The translations under genes and the position numbers were made by a program. The notes below the pieces were generated by a model. It saw only the letters and a program-made list of their open reading frames with translations. It was not told the origin of the DNA and searched no databases. Below are positions 56,056 through 64,000 of a stretch of DNA of 64,000 nucleotides, one piece after another. How positions within the stretch are numbered: position 1 is the stretch's first letter; each line of letters begins with the position of its first letter. The stretch spans positions 480,001-544,000 of the forward strand of contig CAWHDT010000005.1 of assembly GCA_963828195.1 (NCBI GenBank). Reading direction: 5' to 3'. Origin of the DNA: Candidatus Bathyarchaeota archaeon. GTDB lineage: Archaea > Thermoproteota > Bathyarchaeia > Bathyarchaeales > Bathycorpusculaceae.

Positions 56056-56678
56056 AAGTAGGCGTCATAGCAGTTCAAGGCGCCGTAACTGAACACATCG
56101 ATATTTTAAAGAAAGCAATGAAAGAGCTAAAAATCGACGGCGACGCCCTGCCTATAAGGAAAACTAAAGACTTAGACCACGTTTCTGGGCTGGTCATACC
56201 CGGCGGCGAATCGACAACAATAAGTCGATTAATTCTTGATGCTGGAATGCAACAGAAAATAATTGATCTCGCGGAAAAGGGACTGCCAATTCTCGGAACC
56301 TGTGCAGGCGCAATTCTTCTGGCAAAAGAGGGCGATGAACAGGTAAAGCAGACAAAAACAAGCCTACTAGGCCTCATGGAAATAAGGGTCAACAGAAACT
56401 CTTACGGTCGGCAAGTTGATTCTTTCGAAGTCAATTTGCAAATTGAAGAAATCGGAAAAGAACCTTTCAAAGGAATATTTATCCGTGCACCGACCATAGA
56501 AAAAGTTTGGAGCCCCACTAAAATTTGGGCTAAGCACCAAGCTACAATTGTAGGCGCAAAAAAAGGAAATATTATAGCCCTAACTTTCCATCCAGAATTA
56601 GGCGATGACCTAAGGATACATGAGTATTTCTTAAAAATGGTTTTAAATCAAGAAACTCCTAAGACAAATCAACAGTGA
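56052..56678 (+). CDS. pdxT: PLP synthase glutaminase subunit PdxT
   Basis: PGGESTT, GTCAG, RN.YGRQ.DSF, FIRAP and FHPEL motifs. Confidence 0.97.
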   Translation: MKVGVIAVQGAVTEHIDILKKAMKELKIDGDALPIRKTKDLDHVSGLVIPGGESTTISRLILDAGMQQKIIDLAEKGLPILGTCAGAILLAKEGDEQVKQTKTSLLGLMEIRVNRNSYGRQVDSFEVNLQIEEIGKEPFKGIFIRAPTIEKVWSPTKIWAKHQATIVGAKKGNIIALTFHPELGDDLRIHEYFLKMVLNQETPKTNQQ

Positions 56679-57005
56679 TCAGGCACACTAGCCCTCCTGT
56701 GGAGACATTGCTAGTTTTCAGTAGACCAAGAAGTTTTTGGAACCCTCCTTCTGCTCAGCCTCATACTCATCAAATGCGGCTTTAAGTTTCTCGAAACCTT
56801 CACTATCAAATTTTTCTTCACTCATCAAATCACCTCATAAATAATTGTTAAGTAAGTATACGATTAGTATTGACACTAATTCAGCACATAAAATATTTGC
56901 ATATTGCATTCACTTTCTAACCATTGTCTATATAATTTATTTACGGAAAACTTAAAATAAAATCGCATAGATAGCCATCTAAAAGCATTATATCAGCTCA
57001 GTTAA

Positions 57006-57623
57006 TTGGATGTGAATAAAGAAGTGGCTGTGAATGAAGCAAGAGCTTCCAGATGGAAAAAAAGCTATAACATTAGCCTTAAGCAAATAATTATTATCTT
57101 ACTTGTCGTTTCATTATTTTTGGTTTTTTTCGCCAATATTGAAGCCCATGCGAACTGGGATTTAATGCGCGAACAAGCTTATGAGTATGGATACTGGATG
57201 AGTTCTGTTTATGGTTTTTTCCCTTCTTATGTTCAAAATAACACCTTCACGGGAAATCTTGCCACAGAAGAGCTGGTTACTGAGCACCTGTTACAGGCAG
57301 GAAGTTGTGTAGGCGCATTAGCAACGACAGACCCCCAACACTTCAGACAGCTAAGCGTTATCCAAAATTTCCTAATGGACTTGCCCTATTCGGATACTGT
57401 TAGGTTGAATGACACATCAAAAGCCATTTTGCTTGATGATTTAGATGGATTAGTATATGCTATACCAAACGCGTATAATGTTTACTCAATTCCTACGTCT
57501 TCTGCTAATACTGACTGGGGTGCGCCGCCATTTTGGTACTTCAGCACAGACCCATGCAACGAAACTACACTACAGAACGCAGTTGCTCTTGCCACCCAAG
57601 GAAGCCAAATAATGTATACGTAA
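57006..57623 (+). CDS. Hypothetical membrane-anchored protein
   Basis: N-terminal TM helix followed by a probable extracellular domain. Confidence 0.6.
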   Translation: MDVNKEVAVNEARASRWKKSYNISLKQIIIILLVVSLFLVFFANIEAHANWDLMREQAYEYGYWMSSVYGFFPSYVQNNTFTGNLATEELVTEHLLQAGSCVGALATTDPQHFRQLSVIQNFLMDLPYSDTVRLNDTSKAILLDDLDGLVYAIPNAYNVYSIPTSSANTDWGAPPFWYFSTDPCNETTLQNAVALATQGSQIMYT

Positions 57624-58026
57624 TCGCTCAAAAACTATCTAAGTATCAATACTAATGTTATGGTTACTGTTAATTTCGGCTAAGAAATTTGGAAAAACAA
57701 AGAGAAGAATGGAAAAAGCACTAGAAAGTGCTTGTGGCAACACTTTGCGCTTCACCGCTGACGTCGTTTGCAATTGTGCCTTTCTGGCCGTTTTTCACGC
57801 CGTAAGCGGTTAAGACAACATTGCTCAAAGTGATTTTTGGGGTTCCCATCCCATAGCGGTGCTTTGTGGACCCAGAACTAACGTAGTTATTAAACTCATA
57901 TTTTTTTCTCCTGATTACAATGTTACTTTGAAAACGGTTAACATTTGCAGTATATTTTAGATTAACTGCTCAAGGCTGCAAAAAGTTAGTCACTGCTTAA
58001 AAGCTAGATTTCACTGATGATAAGCT

Positions 58027-59034
58027 ATGAAATTGCCGCCTGGAAAAATCCCCGTAGATATTCTAAAAGAAGTAGTTTTCAAAAATCTCGGCGTTGAACG
58101 TAACGAAGTAGTTTTGGGTCCTGCTGCCGGTGTGGATGGTGCAGTTTTAGATGTTGGAAACAAAAACGCCATCGTTTCTATGGATCCAATCACGGGCGCG
58201 GTTGGACGCATCGGGTGGGAAGCCATCAACATTAATGCTAATGATGTTGCAACGTTTGGGGTTGAACCCGCCTTTTTCTTCTCGTGCCTGCTTTTGCCAG
58301 AGAACGCTGACAGCAAAATCGTTGAGACAATTTGTGATCAAATGAACGCTGCCGCCAAAGAGTTGGGCATCGCTATTGTTGGTGGACACTGCGAATCAAC
58401 ACCGGGGCTGGCTAATCCCATTGTGGTTGGCTGCATCGTGGGCTTAACAGAAAAAGGCAAATACGTAACCGCCGCGGGAGCCAAAGCAGGCGACAAACTG
58501 ATTTTAACAAAAAGCGCGGGAATTGAGGGTACAGCAATTTTAGCCTCTGACCGCGAAGAACAACTAAAAAAAGTTTTTGCCCCGACTTTTCTTGAAAGCG
58601 CCAAGCAATTCTATGGCCAGATAAGCGTTGTAAAGGACGCTTTGACCGCTTACCGAGCAGGCGGAGTACACGCGATGCATGACCCAACCGAAGGCGGAGT
58701 ACTAAACGGCATCCACGAAATGGCAGACGCTGCAGGCTTAGGCATACGTGTTTTCGAAGAAAAAATAACGGTTGAACCAGAAACCGCCAAAATCTGCAGG
58801 TACTATGAAATTGACCCTTTGCAACTGATGGGTTCAGGCGCTTTGCTTATTGCTGCTCAGCCAGAAACCGCAAGCAAAATAATTGATGCTTTAAGTGTAG
58901 AGCACATTTACGCTGACGTCATAGGCGAATTCAACCCTAACCTCAACAAACGAATACTGATGCATAAAGACGACACGGCAGAGATGCTGCCAAAACCAAT
59001 CTCAGACCATTTATGGATTGCTTTGACACGTTAA
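58027..59034 (+). CDS. AIR-synthase-related (HypE-like) protein
   Basis: DPITG, NDVAT.G, GGH.E and MHDPTEGG motifs. Confidence 0.85.
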   Translation: MKLPPGKIPVDILKEVVFKNLGVERNEVVLGPAAGVDGAVLDVGNKNAIVSMDPITGAVGRIGWEAININANDVATFGVEPAFFFSCLLLPENADSKIVETICDQMNAAAKELGIAIVGGHCESTPGLANPIVVGCIVGLTEKGKYVTAAGAKAGDKLILTKSAGIEGTAILASDREEQLKKVFAPTFLESAKQFYGQISVVKDALTAYRAGGVHAMHDPTEGGVLNGIHEMADAAGLGIRVFEEKITVEPETAKICRYYEIDPLQLMGSGALLIAAQPETASKIIDALSVEHIYADVIGEFNPNLNKRILMHKDDTAEMLPKPISDHLWIALTR

Positions 59035-59068
59035 GCTGTTTTCCAAAGGGTTTGCTTGAAGAAAAAAA

Positions 59069-62000
59069 TTAGTGTTGCCTTGGCGCCAAAATGTCTTGGA
59101 AGTCAGGGTTGGCGTTGCCGTACTTTTCTTTTATAGCCCGGTTTATTCGAAGCCAATCATCAAATACTAACGGCCACGTTTGGCTGGTTGAAATCCGTTT
59201 TTTGATGTATTCTTTGATCGAATCTGATCTTTTGATTATTTTTTTCTGCCAATCAACCTCGATCAAGCCGCCGCGACGCAGGTACTGCAGGCTCTGATAT
59301 ACTCTGTCCGAATCAATAGGGTAGCTTAAGCTTCCTGACAAGTCTGCGATAAGTGAATCAAAAGAAATCTCAGCCTCTTCACGCAAACATACCACCGCGG
59401 CTACATCCTGCACCAGCCGTGCACTCTTGCTTAAATAGAAGGTTTTTCTCTTCGGAACCAAAGATTGCTCAATTCTGAAGGCATGCCGCTTGTAGAACCA
59501 TTTCTTCACTGCCTCAGCTAGAAACAGGTAGGCAACGATAAAGAACACCAGGAAAGCGTAGAATAGTGGTGGAGGAGGTACAAAATGGAACAGCTTCCCC
59601 ACTGCTGTATAGGGGATTATGAGTGCTACGGCAACTATTGAGAGACTACTTATTACCAAGTACTTGCCAGGTCTGCTTTTCCAGAAGGGCGATTGCCTAG
59701 TCCTAATGACAAATACCACTAATGTCTGAGTGATAAGCGATTCTACGAACCAGGCAGTTTCGAACATGTGTTGCTGAAAAACTGATGCCAACGGGATGCC
59801 CGATGCTGCTGCAGTCACTGGAATACCAAAAACTAAGTACATTGTAAAGAACGTGGCGTAATCAAAGATTGAACTGAGTGGGCCTTCCACTATCATGAAG
59901 TTTCTGATGAAGGAAATGTCCCATCTTTTGGGGCGCTCAATGTATTCTTCATCGACATTGTCTGTAGCTATCGTAGTTTGAGAGAGAGTGTACAAAAGAT
60001 TGTTTAACAAAATCATGATGGCCAGCATTGGCAGGAAGGGCAAAAATAATGCTGCACCCGCAACGCTGAACATGTTGCCGAAGTTTGAGCTAATACCCAT
60101 CATAACGTATTTCATTGTGTTACCGAATGTTTTTCTTCCCTCGATAACACCTTCAGCCAACACCGTCAAGTCACTCTCTAAAAGTATGATGTCGGCTGAC
60201 TCTTTAGCGACGTCCACAGCATTGTTAACAGAGATTCCAACATCAGACGTTTTAAGGGAAGGAGCATCATTGATGCCATCGCCCATGAAGCCGACAACAT
60301 GGCCGTTGCTTTTCAACAAGTTAATTATTCGGTCTTTCTGCGCCGGAGTTACGCGTGCGAATACATTCGCATCTTCCACAACTCGGGCTAACGCGTCATC
60401 GGTCATTTGGAGCATGTCGTTTCCGAGAACAACACCCTTTATCTCGAACCCAAGTTGTTCACAAACTTTTCTTGTAACGAGCTCATTGTCGCCTGTTAGG
60501 ATCTTTAGTTCTACTCCTTCTTTGGCGAGCAGACGAAGGGACTCTTTTGTCGATTCTTTTGGAGGATCAAGAAAGGCGACGAAGCCCAGAAATATCATGT
60601 CGCTTTCATCATTAACGGTGTAAGCTGCTTTGTCTTCTCTGAGCTTTTTGTATGCCACGCCCAACGCCCTTAATCCTTCAGCGCTTAGATCAAAGAATTT
60701 TTGTTCAATCTTTTTCCGTACGTCCTCAGTAATGTCCTGTATAATGCCGCCTATTTCGCAGTAATTGGAGATTTTTAAAATATCTTCCGGGGCACCTTTT
60801 GCTATGAAGAATCTTTCTCTTTCCTTTTCAACCACAACAGAAACTCGTCTTCGGATGAAATCAAATGGGACTTCATCGATTTTTTGGAACCCTTGGACGT
60901 TAATTTCTTTATGAGATAAAATTGCGTCGTCAAGTGGACTTTTCAATCCAGTTTCAAAATAACTGTTTAAGTAGGAATACAAAAACACTTTATCATCATC
61001 GTTGCCTTCTGAATCAATATGCAAAACAAGCGATATTTTATTCTCAGTTAAAGTTCCAGTTTTATCTGTGCACAAAATGTTCATGCTGCCGAAGTTTTCA
61101 ATTGAAGGCAGATGCTTCACGATAACGCCTTTTTTCGACATGTTTACGGCGCCCTTGGAAAGGTTCATCGTGATGATCATCGGCAAAAGCTCAGGAGTCA
61201 ACCCTACCGCCAAAGCAGCTGCAAAAAGAAGCGATTCAACCAGCGGTCGATGGAAAAGAGTCAGCACAATAAAAACGAAAATAACCAAAACGAACGTCAC
61301 CTGCATGATGAGGTAACTGAATCCTTTGACGCCTCGCTCAAATTCGGTTTCAGGGGGCTTTGCAACAAGTTTCTTGGCAATCTTTCCATATTCTGTGGAG
61401 CCGCCAGTTTTCACAACCACAGCCGTCGAGCTGCCGCTGACAACTGAAGTACCCATGAAAAGATAATTATTCCAGTCAGTAATCGAACCAGAGGATAAAT
61501 TTACTGTTTCGAGCTTGTTGGCGGTCTTTTCCACAGGGAATGATTCCCCGGTGAGAGAACTTTGATTAATAAAAAGATCTTTACCGCTGATTATTCTTGA
61601 GTCCGCAGGGGCGATATCTCCAGCGGACAGGTAAATTATGTCCCCGGGAACTATCTGAGAAAGCTTAAGCTCTTTTTTTAGACCATCACGGAGCACAGTA
61701 GCTGTCGTAGTGACCTTTTCTTTGAGGAGTTCAGCGGCATTTTCCGCTTTAGATTCTTGGTAATGATCTATGATGACACTGATTAACACGATAACAACTA
61801 TTATGGTAAAATCTGGTACATCACCGGTGTAGCCGGCGAAAGCAGCTGCAAACAGAAGTATTAAGATTAAGGGACTTTTAAAATGGAGAAGAAAACTGAC
61901 TATGCCAGAACGTTTCTGCTTTCGCGCTAACTCGTTAGTGCCATAAATATTTAGGTTTTGTTCCGCTTGCTGGGAACTTAGACCCTGGGTTGAGGTTCCA

Positions 62001-62125
62001 AGTCGCAACAATAACTCGTCGGTTGGCAGAGTTAGAATTTCCTCGGATGTTACGGGAGGCTGCGCTAAAGGGATGTTTTCCTTTACGGTGAATATTTCTG
62101 GATTAATCGGTGCGCCGTCTGCCAC
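59069..62125 (-). CDS. mgtA: Mg2+-translocating P-type ATPase (P3B) with C-terminal extension
   Basis: TGES, PELLP, DKTGTLT, GDGINDAP and SSNFGN motifs. Confidence 0.93.
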   Translation of the reverse strand: MADGAPINPEIFTVKENIPLAQPPVTSEEILTLPTDELLLRLGTSTQGLSSQQAEQNLNIYGTNELARKQKRSGIVSFLLHFKSPLILILLFAAAFAGYTGDVPDFTIIVVIVLISVIIDHYQESKAENAAELLKEKVTTTATVLRDGLKKELKLSQIVPGDIIYLSAGDIAPADSRIISGKDLFINQSSLTGESFPVEKTANKLETVNLSSGSITDWNNYLFMGTSVVSGSSTAVVVKTGGSTEYGKIAKKLVAKPPETEFERGVKGFSYLIMQVTFVLVIFVFIVLTLFHRPLVESLLFAAALAVGLTPELLPMIITMNLSKGAVNMSKKGVIVKHLPSIENFGSMNILCTDKTGTLTENKISLVLHIDSEGNDDDKVFLYSYLNSYFETGLKSPLDDAILSHKEINVQGFQKIDEVPFDFIRRRVSVVVEKERERFFIAKGAPEDILKISNYCEIGGIIQDITEDVRKKIEQKFFDLSAEGLRALGVAYKKLREDKAAYTVNDESDMIFLGFVAFLDPPKESTKESLRLLAKEGVELKILTGDNELVTRKVCEQLGFEIKGVVLGNDMLQMTDDALARVVEDANVFARVTPAQKDRIINLLKSNGHVVGFMGDGINDAPSLKTSDVGISVNNAVDVAKESADIILLESDLTVLAEGVIEGRKTFGNTMKYVMMGISSNFGNMFSVAGAALFLPFLPMLAIMILLNNLLYTLSQTTIATDNVDEEYIERPKRWDISFIRNFMIVEGPLSSIFDYATFFTMYLVFGIPVTAAASGIPLASVFQQHMFETAWFVESLITQTLVVFVIRTRQSPFWKSRPGKYLVISSLSIVAVALIIPYTAVGKLFHFVPPPPLFYAFLVFFIVAYLFLAEAVKKWFYKRHAFRIEQSLVPKRKTFYLSKSARLVQDVAAVVCLREEAEISFDSLIADLSGSLSYPIDSDRVYQSLQYLRRGGLIEVDWQKKIIKRSDSIKEYIKKRISTSQTWPLVFDDWLRINRAIKEKYGNANPDFQDILAPRQH

Positions 62126-62504
62126 GATGTTCCCCGCCAGTGCTCACTCTGCCAAAGCGAGACAGTTCTAGCATCACCAGATACATCATCGTTAAAAAAC
62201 TGTTCCATAAAAAAGAAGACAAAGCAGCAGCTGGACTTTTCAAATTTTGCGAAAGGCAGATGACGTTCACTATTGGCTATTGACGATACAAGCACTTTTT
62301 TGGCAATTCAGAGACAAGCAAAAGACGATGTTGAAAGCTCTTTCTTACTGCATCGTGGCAAGGGGGCAACTTTCTAAATTGCCGCAATACGTAGGGCACG
62401 TCACCGACGCAAATCAAAAAAAGTGTGATGATAGTTCAGATAATTGTTTTTATAGTTCCAATGTTTAAAGTATTAAAATTAACCAATCGGCAAGTGACAC
62501 TTGT

Positions 62505-63551
62505 TTGACGACAGACATCATAAAAGTAGCATCAATTGCGAGACGCTCACTTGCTCCGAATAAACCTCATCATGCTCAATGGTTAGTAACAAGAAAATGC
62601 AACTACCGCTGTGCAGGTTGCAACGTCTGGAAAGAACAAGATCAGGGAGAACTTGCAACAGCTGACATAAAAAAGGGAATGGATATTCTAAAAAATCTCG
62701 GTGTAGTGGAGCTTGTAATTTCAGGAGGCAACCCGCTGCTTAGGGATGACATAGGGGAGATAATTGATTACGCCTCAAAACGTTTCGTCACAACTGTATA
62801 CGATAACGGAAGTATGGCAGCTGAAAAAATCGATTTGCTTCGACATGTAGATTTCGTGGCAATTTCAATAGATAGTTTGGATGAAGCAAAAAACGATGAA
62901 ATAAAGAATGTGCCTGGCGCGTGGAAAAGGGCAATGGAAACGGTGGAAAAGCTTCATAATAATGGAGTAAACGTCAGTGTCACGCCTACAATTTCACAAA
63001 AAAACCTTTACGAAATAAGAGATATTACGGATTATTTCACAAAAAAAGGCATCCCCGTCTGGTATTGCCTTTACTCGTACGACGTTTCAGCGGGTGAAAA
63101 CCAACTATTTAAGCTCGGCAAAGAAAACGATGAGTTCGTGATAACAGATAAACAAGCTATGGTTAAGCTTTGCACATCATTAATTGAAATGAGAAAGAAA
63201 AATAGGCAAATACTGATGACCAATAAGCTTCTGAAAACTTTACGAAGCTTCTATGAGGAAGACAAGAGAACATGGAGATGCCAAGCACTACGGAACTTCA
63301 TAGTTCTTGATCCTCTAGGGAGAGTTGCTGGGTGCCACAGCCACAATTTTGCAAGCTCCGTATTTGATTTACCTAAATTGTGGAAAAGCCAAGAATTCAA
63401 AGAACTCCGCCAAAATTACTATGAATGCACACAGTGCAACTATCTATGTTATATTTTCTATTCCCTTCAGGGAAGCCCATCTGGCTATTTATCGTTGGCT
63501 ATGGACCAGTGGAAAAACGCGGATTTAATATTCAAAAAGATTGAAAAATAG
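62505..63551 (+). CDS. Radical SAM protein with C-terminal SPASM/twitch-like Cys cluster
   Basis: CNYRCAGC motif, ISIDSL, C-terminal C..C...CTQC..C. Confidence 0.88.
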   Translation: MTTDIIKVASIARRSLAPNKPHHAQWLVTRKCNYRCAGCNVWKEQDQGELATADIKKGMDILKNLGVVELVISGGNPLLRDDIGEIIDYASKRFVTTVYDNGSMAAEKIDLLRHVDFVAISIDSLDEAKNDEIKNVPGAWKRAMETVEKLHNNGVNVSVTPTISQKNLYEIRDITDYFTKKGIPVWYCLYSYDVSAGENQLFKLGKENDEFVITDKQAMVKLCTSLIEMRKKNRQILMTNKLLKTLRSFYEEDKRTWRCQALRNFIVLDPLGRVAGCHSHNFASSVFDLPKLWKSQEFKELRQNYYECTQCNYLCYIFYSLQGSPSGYLSLAMDQWKNADLIFKKIEK

Positions 63552-63664
63552 CCTTCCAAATCCAGAAGGGTATGATGGGAATCGGCAGTTTTCAGTTATT
63601 GATTGACAAGTAAATTTCTGACCCGCTTCGATATTTGTTATAGGAACTATTAGGCTGCTGACTC

Positions 63665-63817
63665 TTATTTTGGGATGTCGTCGTTTATTTTTCTTGGTCC
63701 TGCATCTTTTGGTTTTTTTAATTCTATTATGGCGGGCAGAAAAAAAAGCACAATTATTATGGCGATCGTAATTATCAATGTAGCGATTAATGAATCAGGA
63801 TTCTGATTTTGGATCAT
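63665..63817 (-). CDS. 50-aa single-TM microprotein (possibly frameshift-truncated)
   Basis: Manual translation MIQNQNPDSLIATLIITIAIIIVLFFLPAIIELKKPKDAGPRKINDDIPK. Confidence 0.5.
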   Translation of the reverse strand: MIQNQNPDSLIATLIITIAIIIVLFFLPAIIELKKPKDAGPRKINDDIPK

Positions 63818-64000
63818 TTAACGTCTTACTTTAATCTTTAATTCTCAATATAACAGTTTCCAATACCTGAGTGTGATGTTTTAACCCACACGTTTTTGTC
63901 TCGCCTGATAATCTTCGAAGCTAATACATCGAAAAAAGCCTTCAAACAAATGGGCATGTTGTAAAAAAAGGTAAATATCAAAATAGGAATAAGCCATTGA

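Noticed and set aside
56718-56825. 35-aa acidic ORF with a GAGGTGA SD on the minus strand
   Set aside because: Possibly a real or truncated gene, but it has no recognisable motif, so support is insufficient.

Overview
Archaeal chromosomal window, most consistent with Bathyarchaeia/TACK (inferred from gene content and style, not from a database search). The core backbone includes EF-2 (partial), Nop2/Nip7, two glutamine synthetases, single-OB SSB, malic enzyme, glyS, EndA, the secE-spt5-L11-L1-L10 cluster, DtdA, argF, ilvC, an E1/MoeB enzyme, ATP-dependent DNA ligase, pdxS/pdxT, MgtA and a radical SAM enzyme. Small accessory islands interrupt it and carry seven toxin-antitoxin modules (one duplicated almost identically 35 kb away), a SNF2 helicase/Zn-protein/Mrr-like operon, an ABC-ATPase plus TOPRIM pair and a papain-GNAT fusion. 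Main observations: (1) a threonine-synthase-fold protein whose PLP Schiff-base Lys is replaced by Arg, fused to a PadR-type wHTH, directly upstream of pdxST, whose promoter carries a 26-bp palindrome; this is a candidate vitamin-B6-sensing regulator; (2) a ~180-bp non-coding element in three copies, each with four GTTGCGACTTT-like boxes at 23-24/72/21-22 bp spacing, each upstream of a core gene and at an island edge; (3) orphan tRNA-Arg 3' halves and duplicated glnA/glyS gene ends bracketing accessory cassettes, with no integrase in the window; (4) a strongly base-paired intergenic candidate ncRNA. No CRISPR array, rRNA, intact tRNA or transposase was seen.
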